Shown here: one piece after another, positions 26,665-33,290 of the stretch | Layout of the letters: each line of letters begins with the position of its first letter | How positions within the stretch are numbered: position 1 is the stretch's first letter | Virus record (IMG/VR): IMGVR_UViG_3300000279_000100 | Strand: one strand, 5' to 3' | DNA: 33,290 bases | DNA from: a virus | Translations under genes and position numbers: made by a program | Notes under the pieces: generated by a model | What the model saw: only the letters and a program-made list of their open reading frames with translations | Database searches by the model: none | Told to the model about the DNA's origin: nothing

Positions 26665-26886
26665 TTAAATTTGAAAACCTTCCGTATATTTTGTACTCAA
26701 CGGACGATAATTTGCTCCGTCCTGCTCTGTTTTTCCGCACTTTTTACATTTCATTTCCGGGATCACATTCTGATGAAAATAAACGTCATCGTATCCCGGT
26801 TTTTCCTCTTCATGCCCGCAAAAAGGACAGATAAATAATGCTCTGAAATCTCTTCTGTGCTGCGAAAGTATCTCCTTAATTCTCAT
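26665..26886 (-). CDS. Small zinc-ribbon protein (two CxxC pairs).
   Basis: CPFCGHEEE...CKKCGK. ATGA overlap with the upstream gene. ORF open up to 26925. Confidence 0.45.
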   Translation of the reverse strand: MRIKEILSQHRRDFRALFICPFCGHEEEKPGYDDVYFHQNVIPEMKCKKCGKTEQDGANYRPLSTKYTEGFQI

Positions 26887-27083
26887 CTGAACTCCTCCTG
26901 TTTTAATTTCATATAATGCGACCAAATCAAGATTGGCTTTCCCGAAGGCGTATGCCCTATTTTGACAAGAGCTGATTCGTTCACCTTATCTGCCAGTGTC
27001 CCGGAAATGGGCGGGGCTTTCAGCCCCCTTTGTATTCTCACTTTCACCCCCGTTTTTAGGGCTGTAAACTCTTCAATGTTCAT
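26883..27083 (-). CDS. Hypothetical small protein.
   Basis: 66 aa. ATGA coupling to the yqaJ stop. Confidence 0.4.
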   Translation of the reverse strand: MNIEEFTALKTGVKVRIQRGLKAPPISGTLADKVNESALVKIGHTPSGKPILIWSHYMKLKQEEFR

Positions 27084-28045
27084 CAGTAGACCTTCATCAT
27101 GCGGCCTGCTTCGCCGACTTTGATAAATCCCATCGCTTTGAGTGCCTCATAGCTGCCGCTGTCTTCTTTTTTAACGCGTGATAAGCTAATAGATTCTCTC
27201 GGCTTGATTGCCTTCCATGTGACTTTTCTGTCACCGAGGTGCCCGACTTCGTTTTCTCCAAGCAGTGCCATTAATTCATTTTTTGCCGCCTGTATAGCCT
27301 CTTTTGCCTCATTTTCTTTTGCTTTGGCCAAGTCATATTTTTCAAAAATCCGCAATGCTTCTTCAGGCAGGTCTATCTCTTTCCCGTTTGGCGTATTGTA
27401 CAGCCCGACAAGTGTGTGAACTGTAGAATCACTGCCGTCTACCGCAGGCATTGTCTGTTCTGTGACATGGTTCCAAAATTCTTTTTCTTGCTCCCGGATG
27501 TACTTGATATCGTCTTCGTTACGCATGATCTTTTTTACCCGGAAATCGTTTCCGCCGATAAGGGCTCCTATGTACCAGTAATCGGCCCCTGTGACTGCCA
27601 TGTAATGCATGCACTGGCAGTAGTAGCTGTCTGGTACTGTCATGTCCTGCGGATCGTCTTTATCGCCCCACTGCTTGCTCATGCGCCAATCTGCCGTCTT
27701 GATTTCAAGCCCGGCATTCTCTCCGACTATCCAGCGGTCAATATTGGCCAGCATATACGGATAATCGTTGTCTCGAAGAGTTCCTCTCCGGCGTACCTTT
27801 TTATCTGTAATTTCCTCAAATCTTTGTGCGATTACCGGCTCCATGTGGCTGCCCCACCAGACCCTTTCGTTTTTTGACAGGTCTTCGGGCTGCATCATTC
27901 CTGTTTTTTCTGACCAAAGTGTCAATGCTGATTTATACGGATTGAGTCCGAGGATGCTTCCGCAGTCTGACCCGCCTAATCCTGTATTTCTTACTTTGAG
28001 CCAATCCTCACGCGAAGCATCGGCATTCAATATAAGTTCTGCCAT
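27083..28045 (-). CDS. YqaJ-type viral recombination exonuclease (lambda Exo-like PD-(D/E)xK).
   Basis: GLGGSDCGSILGLNPYKSALTLWSEKTG is the YqaJ N-terminal signature. Sits upstream of recT. Confidence 0.85.
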   Translation of the reverse strand: MAELILNADASREDWLKVRNTGLGGSDCGSILGLNPYKSALTLWSEKTGMMQPEDLSKNERVWWGSHMEPVIAQRFEEITDKKVRRRGTLRDNDYPYMLANIDRWIVGENAGLEIKTADWRMSKQWGDKDDPQDMTVPDSYYCQCMHYMAVTGADYWYIGALIGGNDFRVKKIMRNEDDIKYIREQEKEFWNHVTEQTMPAVDGSDSTVHTLVGLYNTPNGKEIDLPEEALRIFEKYDLAKAKENEAKEAIQAAKNELMALLGENEVGHLGDRKVTWKAIKPRESISLSRVKKEDSGSYEALKAMGFIKVGEAGRMMKVY

Positions 28046-28077
28046 TTGTCTATTTCTCCATTTTCTGATAATATAGA

Positions 28078-28138
28078 GGCGGAAAGTCTTAGCGATTCTT
28101 TTCCGCCTGCCGATTGATAATTGCAGTTATCAGTCGGC
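28078..28138. repeat. Two adjacent hairpins in the leader of the exonuclease gene.
   Basis: ggcggaaa...tttccgcc (28078..28107) and gccgattgataa-ttgcag-ttatcagtcggc (28109..28138). Confidence 0.5.
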
Positions 28139-28146
28139 TTTTTCAT

Positions 28147-28308
28147 TTAAAAACCTTGACTGTCTAAATCTGACTCTATTCCGCGAATAATGCATTCGAT
28201 TTCGTACTCCATAAATGATGACCCATCCTCTTTGCAGATCTCCAGTGCGGTCAGAACTAAATCCCAATCTTCTTTAGCCAGTGTTACGGTAAATTGTCTG
28301 TCATCCAT
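28147..28308 (-). CDS. Small acidic hypothetical protein (53 aa).
   Basis: GAGG RBS before the ATG at 28308. MDDRQFTVTLAKEDWDLVLTALEICKEDGSS... Below the 60-aa cutoff of the ORF table. Confidence 0.3.
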   Translation of the reverse strand: MDDRQFTVTLAKEDWDLVLTALEICKEDGSSFMEYEIECIIRGIESDLDSQGF

Positions 28309-28600
28309 TCCGCGCCTCATCAACTCTGACTACAATCAACATGCCCGGCTGCAGATTGCCCACGTCCCGGATCCTGTTGTCTTTCTTCGCCTGATAAACC
28401 AGTTTCCGCAGGTCCTCTTTATCTGTCACTATCTCACCGCAGATTGTCCATAGGGTATCTCCCGGTCTTACCTCCCGGCGGTACTCGACAATCTTTGTCT
28501 CCGGGAAAAACCGGTGATAGATTTTGCCTGCGTCTACCGCGGCACCGGCTACCAATGCTGCCGACATGAGAGCCGCTGTGAAAATTAATGGCTTGTTCAT
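28301..28600 (-). CDS. Secreted LysM-domain protein.
   Basis: Signal peptide MNKPLIFTAALMSAALVAGAAVDA, then YRREVRPGDTLWTICGEIV...LQPGMLIVV (LysM-like). Confidence 0.5.
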   Translation of the reverse strand: MNKPLIFTAALMSAALVAGAAVDAGKIYHRFFPETKIVEYRREVRPGDTLWTICGEIVTDKEDLRKLVYQAKKDNRIRDVGNLQPGMLIVVRVDEARNG

Positions 28601-28899
28601 AACCCCTCCTGCACTGCTGCCGTATTAGCGGCTATACAAATCTGCCGGATGACGCCCCGCAGTCGTGCGTTTTCCTGTTTCTCAAGAGACAATTCATTCT
28701 TAAGTCTTCGTAATGCAGACGGGCGGAAATCGTCAGGCTTCTCACCGACCATCGCCAGCACATCGCGCTTTAGAAAACGGATGGCAGACAGATTTTTCAC
28801 CGCCGGAAGGATGCCGTCATTTTTCATGCGGTAGACGACATCCGTTGATATGCCCAAGATTTCAGCGGTTTCTGCGACGGTGTATGTCCTTCGTTCCAT
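28597..28899 (-). CDS. Excisionase/AlpA-family HTH DNA-binding protein.
   Basis: YTVAETAEILGISTDVVYRMKNDGILPAVK is a winged-helix Xis/MerR-like motif. Confidence 0.55.
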   Translation of the reverse strand: MERRTYTVAETAEILGISTDVVYRMKNDGILPAVKNLSAIRFLKRDVLAMVGEKPDDFRPSALRRLKNELSLEKQENARLRGVIRQICIAANTAAVQEGL

Positions 28900-28963
28900 T
28901 TTTCTCTCCTTTCTTGTTTTTAAATTCCGTGGTAGGTTGTTACAATTCTCTTTCTGTTCACTC

Positions 28964-28972
28964 TGTTATAAT
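28964..28972 (+). promoter_or_regulatory. Extended -10 promoter (TGtTATAAT) for the plus-strand cassette.
   Basis: tgttataat lies 25 nt upstream of the ATG at 28997. Confidence 0.4.
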
Positions 28973-28996
28973 GTTGGCAGAGAGGAGGTGAACACT

Positions 28997-29278
28997 ATGA
29001 TATTTGCTTTAAAAATCAAGAAACGCCCCGGTGTCGGTCTGTTAAATTTTGACCTTTGGGAAATTTCAGAAATATTCCTTAGCGGTGATGGAATATTAGG
29101 ATATTTCCCTAAAGAAGAAATTCATGACTATTTATTAACTCATCCGCACAGCATAAGAGTTAATCGCGGGAATATGCCGTTCCTTGAACCTCGAATCAGT
29201 AAAAACGGCGAAAAATACGTTGCCTCTGAAGCAAATGACACAATTTTAGACAATCTTTTATCACTACCCCAGGAATAA
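28997..29278 (+). CDS. Hypothetical 93-aa protein. Self-contained plus-strand cassette embedded antisense in the early operon.
   Basis: Strong RBS GAGAGGAGGTG 7 nt before the ATG. Own extended -10 promoter and own terminator. About 35% GC. No recognisable domain. Confidence 0.6.
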   Translation: MIFALKIKKRPGVGLLNFDLWEISEIFLSGDGILGYFPKEEIHDYLLTHPHSIRVNRGNMPFLEPRISKNGEKYVASEANDTILDNLLSLPQE

Positions 29279-29471
29279 GGAACCAAGAAGACAGCGCGTT
29301 TCCGTCGTGCTGTTTTTCTTTTGAATACCTTCCCCTGTATCGTTCATATCGTTTTACTTCTTCAAAAAGGTCCACATCCAGTACATCAAAAACGTGGAAT
29401 AGCATTGCACGCTTGTAGTTTTCATGCGAATTCTTATTTAAGACATAACCATTAATATTTACCTCTTCCAT
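29196..29471 (-). CDS. Hypothetical early protein (ORF overlaps the 3' end of the plus-strand cassette).
   Basis: RBS GAGGTGAGGAG adjoining the ATG. Overlaps 29196..29278 convergently. C-terminal residues look atypical. Confidence 0.35.
   Translation of the reverse strand: MEEVNINGYVLNKNSHENYKRAMLFHVFDVLDVDLFEEVKRYERYRGRYSKEKQHDGNALSSWFLIPGVVIKDCLKLCHLLQRQRIFRRFY
29291..29323 (+). terminator. Intrinsic terminator after the plus-strand cassette.
   Basis: ACAGCGCG-tttccgt-CGTGCTGT followed by TTTTTCTTTTG. Confidence 0.55.
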
Positions 29472-29716
29472 CTCCTCACCTCTCTTTCTTGCATATTATG
29501 CAAGTTTAAGTTAAAAAAAATACTTATACTCTCCTCATTATTCAAACATAACAAACGTTTAAGCTTTGTGGCCTCCCAGCAAGAAAAAGGCCTCTTCCCG
29601 TTGATTTTATCGCTAAACGAATTTACTGAAATAGATAGATAATCTGCACACTCTTTATAATTCTTTTTATTTGCTACTATAGCTCCTTTTAGTTTGAGCA
29701 TTTCCATTTGTTTCAC
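29459..29716 (-). CDS. Cro-like small HTH early regulator.
   Basis: 85 aa. LKGAIVANKKNYKECADYLSISVNSFSDKINGKRPFSCWEATKLKRLL. AAGGAGGAGGTG RBS. Divergent from the repressor gene. Confidence 0.6.
   Translation of the reverse strand: MKQMEMLKLKGAIVANKKNYKECADYLSISVNSFSDKINGKRPFSCWEATKLKRLLCLNNEESISIFFNLNLHNMQEREVRRWKR
29488..29504. promoter_or_regulatory. Perfect 17-bp palindromic operator CTTGCATATTATGCAAG.
   Basis: Perfect dyad. Two related copies lie in the switch region. Confidence 0.55.
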
Positions 29717-29732
29717 CTCCTCCTTATCTTAA

Positions 29733-29749
29733 CTTGCATATTGTACAAG
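29733..29749. promoter_or_regulatory. Operator variant CTTGCATATTGTACAAG, just downstream of the predicted early promoter start site.
   Basis: Shares the half-site CTTGCATA/TGTACAAG with the 29488 and 29830 copies. Confidence 0.5.
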
Positions 29750-29762
29750 TTTTACTATCCTA

Positions 29763-29790
29763 ATTATACGTGTTCAAAAGATATTGTCAA
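29763..29790 (-). promoter_or_regulatory. Consensus sigma-A promoter for the cro-like operon (TTGACA - 16 nt - TATAAT on the minus strand).
   Basis: Plus-strand tgtcaa at 29785..29790 and attata at 29763..29768. Confidence 0.55.
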
Positions 29791-29829
29791 GCACTACATA
29801 CAAGTTTTTTTATCACAACAGAAAATATA

Positions 29830-29846
29830 CTTGTATCTTGTACAAA
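29830..29846. promoter_or_regulatory. Third operator-like 17-mer CTTGTATCTTGTACAAA overlapping the candidate repressor-gene promoter.
   Basis: Related half-sites: TACAAGT at 29799..29805 and TTGTAC at 29851..29856. TTGTAT-17-TACTAT is a candidate PRM. Confidence 0.4.
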
Positions 29847-29886
29847 ATTATTGTACTATTATTTTAATAGAATCGAGGTGAAATAA

Positions 29887-30534
29887 ATGGATGAATTACA
29901 ATATAACAGGCATGTGGGCTCACGTATAAAAGAAATGCGAAAGTCCAGAAAAATGACATTAAAGGAACTCGGTGAGCATATCGGACTTAGTGAAAGTAAC
30001 ACCAAGCGTTATGAAGATGGGCAGATAAAGACAGTAGGAATAGATATCATAAAAAAAATTGCAATGGCATTGGATGTACCTGCATCGTATCTCACAGGAT
30101 GGGAAGATATTCCTCAATATCAAAAACTCTCAAATTATGTGCCGATTGCAAGGAAAAAAATCCCCCTTTTGGGAGAAATTGCCGCAGGAGAACCTATCTA
30201 TGCAGATGAACATATAGAAGAATTCTTGCCAGCCGATGATAAATTGCATGCTGACTTTGCCTTGAAAATCAAAGGTGACAGTATGATAAATGCCCAGATA
30301 AACGATGGCGATATTGTTTTTATACGTCAGCAGTCCGATGTAGATGATGGACAAATAGCTGCCGTTTTAATAAACGACAGTGCTACATTAAAACGCATTT
30401 ATCATATGAATGGCTTTCTACAGCTGAATGCAGAAAACCCTGCTTACAAACCTATTATATGCAGTCCTGAAACCTGTGACGAATGCCGTATTCTGGGACT
30501 TGCGGTCGCTGTATTAGGAAAAATAAAGTATTGA
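29887..30534 (+). CDS. cI/LexA-type prophage repressor (XRE HTH plus S24 autopeptidase).
   Basis: HTH LKELGEHIGLSESNTKRYEDG. S24 motifs GDSM and DGDIVFIRQ...LKRI (Ser/Lys dyad). Confidence 0.85.
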   Translation: MDELQYNRHVGSRIKEMRKSRKMTLKELGEHIGLSESNTKRYEDGQIKTVGIDIIKKIAMALDVPASYLTGWEDIPQYQKLSNYVPIARKKIPLLGEIAAGEPIYADEHIEEFLPADDKLHADFALKIKGDSMINAQINDGDIVFIRQQSDVDDGQIAAVLINDSATLKRIYHMNGFLQLNAENPAYKPIICSPETCDECRILGLAVAVLGKIKY

Positions 30535-30555
30535 TGAAAGAGTGCTGATATCACC

Positions 30556-31029
30556 ATGCAATATGTTTTATATTTTTGCGGAGAGATTGTTTTCCTATTC
30601 ATTCTGTCTTGGATTTATGCGCGTTTATCGGAAAAGGGAAATCCGCGAAGGTCATTAAATCGTATCGGAAGAAAACTTTATTCAAAAATAATAAAAAGAG
30701 AAATGGAGAACGCAAAAAAAGAAAATCGCCTACCAGATGACTGGTATCCATTAAGGATCCTCTATTCAGAAATAAGAGAACAATATCCGGGGTATGCACT
30801 TTCAGATATTTACACAAAAGAGGGTAAATATTTATCCGACCTCGTTTTAGAAGAATCTACAATTTACGGAAAATTCATTTCATCGGAATTGGAGCATTCA
30901 ATAAAATCTATTGCTTCAAAGATTAATATATGTGCTTTACTCGTATTAGTTAAAGTGGCAGAAGAGAAATACGGTAAGGAAGAAGCCAGAAAATATGCAT
31001 ATGATATTTTAATTGGACGACTGGAATGA
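30556..31029 (+). CDS. Hypothetical protein with N-terminal TM anchor; first gene of the repressor-linked cassette.
   Basis: 157 aa. TM segment IVFLFILSWIYA. About 30% GC. Starts 21 nt after the repressor stop. ATGA overlap with the next gene. Confidence 0.5.
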   Translation: MQYVLYFCGEIVFLFILSWIYARLSEKGNPRRSLNRIGRKLYSKIIKREMENAKKENRLPDDWYPLRILYSEIREQYPGYALSDIYTKEGKYLSDLVLEESTIYGKFISSELEHSIKSIASKINICALLVLVKVAEEKYGKEEARKYAYDILIGRLE

Positions 31030-31580
31030 GGGATACTTCAATGACATTCGAATTTACACTTTTCATGATCTTTTCGCTGTATCCATTAGTGTTTTTATTA
31101 GGCGAAAAAGGATGGGATAACACGATTGAACGATATCTATCTTTTAAAAGTATTCTTCCTACAGAATATTTTGTTCCTCGTTTTTTATGGACAACTTTTA
31201 TTTCTGCCATTTTAATTTATTCTGCCCCCAGTATGTGGGCAAATAATTATGAATATCAAGACTATATAACAGGACATGAATATGTTTATTCATTGCCAGA
31301 AAAACGACAAAGACAAATTTTTTCGATTTTGACTAAACAGCAAGCCTACCTTACATCTCGTTATGGAGTCACTAATACACAAGAAAAAGTTGACGCCGCC
31401 GCAGTTCTTCAAGAGAAAAATATTAAATATAATATTTTTCATCTCTCTCCGCTCCATCCACAAATTTATTTCGAAGATCACTTCTTTATTGCAAGAAATA
31501 TTCGAATAATTATATTTTTATTATTCGCCCCAATATACATTTCCCTTTTTGTTCGTTTTATTAGATTTATAGGTTGGTAA
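31026..31580 (+). CDS. Hypothetical polytopic membrane protein.
   Basis: 184 aa. At least three hydrophobic helices: FTLFMIFSLYPLVFLLG, FLWTTFISAILIYSAPSMW, IRIIIFLLFAPIYISLFVRFIRF. About 30% GC. Confidence 0.5.
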   Translation: MRDTSMTFEFTLFMIFSLYPLVFLLGEKGWDNTIERYLSFKSILPTEYFVPRFLWTTFISAILIYSAPSMWANNYEYQDYITGHEYVYSLPEKRQRQIFSILTKQQAYLTSRYGVTNTQEKVDAAAVLQEKNIKYNIFHLSPLHPQIYFEDHFFIARNIRIIIFLLFAPIYISLFVRFIRFIGW

Positions 31581-31606
31581 CAAAATTACAGAAAGAAGGC
31601 GTAAAA

Positions 31607-31828
31607 ATGTTCAAGAAATCTATTCTCACACTTTCATTAGCTGCTGTACTGTCTGTTTCCATTGCCGGCATAGTAGATGCCTACATCGGGAATCTCCGCA
31701 GCCACAAATTCCATGAAGACTATTGCAGTAGTGTCTACCAGATGAAAGATCGTAACAAAGTCTATTTCGATACGCGTGATGAAGCGATAAACGCAGGATA
31801 CGTTCCCTGCAAAAGATGTAATCCATAA
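31607..31828 (+). CDS. Small secreted protein with Ada-N-terminal-like zinc-ribbon domain.
   Basis: AGAAGG RBS. Signal peptide MFKKSILTLSLAAVLSVSIAG. YFDTRDEAINAGYVPCKRCNP resembles E. coli Ada FYANASEALAAGFRPCKRCQP. Confidence 0.5.
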   Translation: MFKKSILTLSLAAVLSVSIAGIVDAYIGNLRSHKFHEDYCSSVYQMKDRNKVYFDTRDEAINAGYVPCKRCNP

Positions 31829-31876
31829 GCCATTTCTTTACAAAGCACTCCATTATTTCTATAATGATTCCAGAAC

Positions 31877-31897
31877 AAAAAACGGTTTTCCGTTTTG
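31877..31897 (+). terminator. Short hairpin with U-run ending the lysogeny operon before int.
   Basis: aaaacgg-tttt-ccgtttt. Confidence 0.35.
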
Positions 31898-32095
31898 CGG
31901 GGATGGTTTCGTTATAGATACCATCCCTATTTTTTATTCAATTATAAAATCCCGCCGCCATACCGCAAATATGACGACGGGAACCGGAACGATAGAGGGT
32001 ATCCTTCCGGCAATTGTAACAACCCTACCACAGGCTGGTTACGCATATATTATAGCACAATCAGCCCTGTTTCAGAAAAGGAGCTGATTTTTATT

Positions 32096-33166
32096 ATGGA
32101 ATATTCATTTTCGACGCGTGAGAAGAACGGCAGTATTTGCCTTATTCTGTCATATAAGGTAAATAGCAAATGGAAGCAGAAAACCAAACAAGGATTTAAA
32201 ACCTTGCGGGAAGCCAAACAATACCAAGATAAATTATTAGCCGCTGCCAAAGAAGATGCCGCCTGCGGAGCAGATCCGGAACTTGCGGATATTACCTTTA
32301 AAAGTTTCACACAGAATATATACTTGCGGGATAAAGGATCCTCTTTAGAATATAGCACAAAAAGGAACTATTTCTTTATGCTCCGCAGCATTCCTACCCT
32401 GAGCAATAAACAAATACGGGAGATCACCGCCGGAGATGTAATTAATGTTTATCAGGATATGGGGCGATTCAGCGAAGGCACAAGAAAGAATCGTTTCGCT
32501 CAGATTCGTGCCATCTTTAACTATGCTATTAACCCGTATAAAATTATTACAGAAAATCCTGCGAATAGCGTTACACAAACAAAAGATAAAACTATCCGGA
32601 AAATAAAAGCATTGACTGAAAAAGAATCATTGCAATTGCTTGATGCCTTAAGTGATACCCCCACTTTTTACATGATTGCTTTCATTGCCTTAAATACAGG
32701 TATGAGATACGGGGAAATAGCCGGATTGACATGGAACAGTATTAATTTAACAAGACAAACAATTACCATAGATAAGCAATATAACTGGATATCACCCCAA
32801 AAACGGGGATTTAAAGCCGTAAAATCACGGAACGGAAATCGAACTATACACATGAATACAAAATTGGCCGCCAAGTTAAATGAATGGAAACAGACCGCCC
32901 CTGTATCCATTGACGGGCGAATTATTCCTACAACACCAAGCACTCATCCACTCATGAATAGGCAGCTGCGTATATTAAAACAGGGTATCTCTGTTCATAC
33001 TTTGCGACACACCTTTGCCACCATGCTTTTATCAAAATCAAAGGATATTAATCTTGTTGCGGCTGTTTTAGGGGATAATGTCGCTACCGTAGCAGCTACC
33101 TATATTCATTATACAGATGATATTCGCAAAAAAGCAGACCAATATATAGAAACCATGTACAAATGA
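32096..33166 (+). CDS. int: Tyrosine site-specific recombinase (phage integrase).
   Basis: AAAGGAG RBS before the ATG at 32096. Catalytic signature GMRYGEIAGLTW (Arg) ... HTLRHTFATMLL (His-x-x-Arg) ... ATYIHYTDD (Tyr). The upstream ORF extension to 31895 is rejected. Confidence 0.9.
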   Translation: MEYSFSTREKNGSICLILSYKVNSKWKQKTKQGFKTLREAKQYQDKLLAAAKEDAACGADPELADITFKSFTQNIYLRDKGSSLEYSTKRNYFFMLRSIPTLSNKQIREITAGDVINVYQDMGRFSEGTRKNRFAQIRAIFNYAINPYKIITENPANSVTQTKDKTIRKIKALTEKESLQLLDALSDTPTFYMIAFIALNTGMRYGEIAGLTWNSINLTRQTITIDKQYNWISPQKRGFKAVKSRNGNRTIHMNTKLAAKLNEWKQTAPVSIDGRIIPTTPSTHPLMNRQLRILKQGISVHTLRHTFATMLLSKSKDINLVAAVLGDNVATVAATYIHYTDDIRKKADQYIETMYK

Positions 33167-33167
33167 A

Positions 33168-33188
33168 TTTTTGCCGTTTGTCTGCCGT
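33168..33188. repeat. Two TGCCGT-containing repeats with 11-bp period, immediately after the int stop codon; putative arm-type sites.
   Basis: tttttgccgt at 33168..33177 and tctgccgt at 33181..33188. Matches the left-end copies. Confidence 0.4.
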
Positions 33189-33196
33189 CTACACAA

Positions 33197-33223
33197 AAAA
33201 GTCCCCAAATAACGGGGACTTTT
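33197..33223 (+). terminator. Terminator hairpin after int.
   Basis: aaaagtcccc-aaataac-ggggactttt is a perfect 10-bp stem that includes the U-run. Confidence 0.55.
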
Positions 33224-33236
33224 CAGCTTATACCTT

Positions 33237-33290
33237 TTATAGCATAAGCTTTATTAAGACATGTTGAAAATCGTTGTGTTTGTGTTTTGT
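33237..33290. repeat. Right copy of the 54-bp terminal direct repeat.
   Basis: Identical to 1..54 and ends exactly at the window edge. Confidence 0.9.

Larger units (their letters stand above)
1..33290. mobile_element. Complete temperate phage genome or prophage. Lambdoid gene order, P22-like short-tailed structural module, tyrosine integrase.
   Basis: Contiguous packaging, head, tail/ejection, lysis, lysogeny, replication and recombination modules. Identical 54-bp sequence at both window ends. Integrase sits next to the repeat. Confidence 0.85.

Noticed and set aside
28046-28146. 39-aa ORF (MKKPTDNCNYQSAGG...) overlapping the yqaJ start.
   Set aside because: It is made up mostly of the hairpin sequences and runs into the yqaJ coding region out of frame. 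It is more likely structural RNA than coding.
31895-32095. Upstream 67-aa extension of the integrase ORF, and the TTG-started extension of the Zn-ribbon ORF at 31574.
   Set aside because: ATG starts with proper RBS exist at 32096 and 31607. The extensions run through a terminator hairpin and the intergenic region.

Overview
The window is essentially one complete temperate phage genome of about 33.2 kb. It begins and ends with the same 54-bp sequence (1..54 and 33237..33290). This may be an attL/attR direct repeat of an integrated prophage, or the overlap of a circular/DTR viral contig; the repeat sitting exactly on both window edges favours the second reading. Almost every gene lies on the minus strand in one lambdoid-style transcription series, listed below from high to low coordinates.

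- **Early region (29.7 kb down to 21.5 kb):** a Cro-like early regulator, an Xis-like HTH protein, a secreted LysM protein, a YqaJ exonuclease plus RecT recombinase pair, a DUF4406 protein, a replisome organizer with internal iterons, a DnaC-like loader, RusA, a VRR-NUC nuclease and a sigma-region-4-like late regulator.
- **Late region (21.4 kb down to 0.9 kb):** TerS, TerL, a large portal, a scaffold, a major capsid protein followed by an intrinsic terminator, and connector and tail-hub-like proteins. Then come three large ejection-type virion proteins, two holin-like genes and a GH25 endolysin.
- **Morphology:** no tail tube, sheath, tape measure or prohead protease genes are recognisable, so this is probably a P22-like short-tailed architecture.
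- **Ejection-type virion proteins:** an N/Q-rich 551-aa protein with a Hint (bacterial intein-like) autoprocessing domain; a 422-aa Q-rich protein; and a 1715-aa polyvalent protein with a lysozyme-like domain and a zincin HExxH motif.
- **Plus-strand genes:** a cI/LexA-type repressor; a three-gene cassette of envelope-targeted proteins downstream of it; a tyrosine integrase next to the terminal repeat; and one self-contained AT-rich gene cassette embedded antisense in the early operon.

The most interesting candidates for undescribed biology are:
- the repressor-linked envelope cassette, a candidate superinfection-exclusion or defence system;
- the antisense cassette at 28964..29323;
- the Hint-domain virion protein, whose N-terminus mimics the L27/Prp cleavage motif;
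- the AT-rich membrane-anchored cargo gene at 188..787, which has its own terminator.

GC composition is strongly mosaic: roughly 50-60% in the structural genes and 28-35% in the cargo and lysogeny genes. All calls rest on motifs read by eye; no database search was possible.
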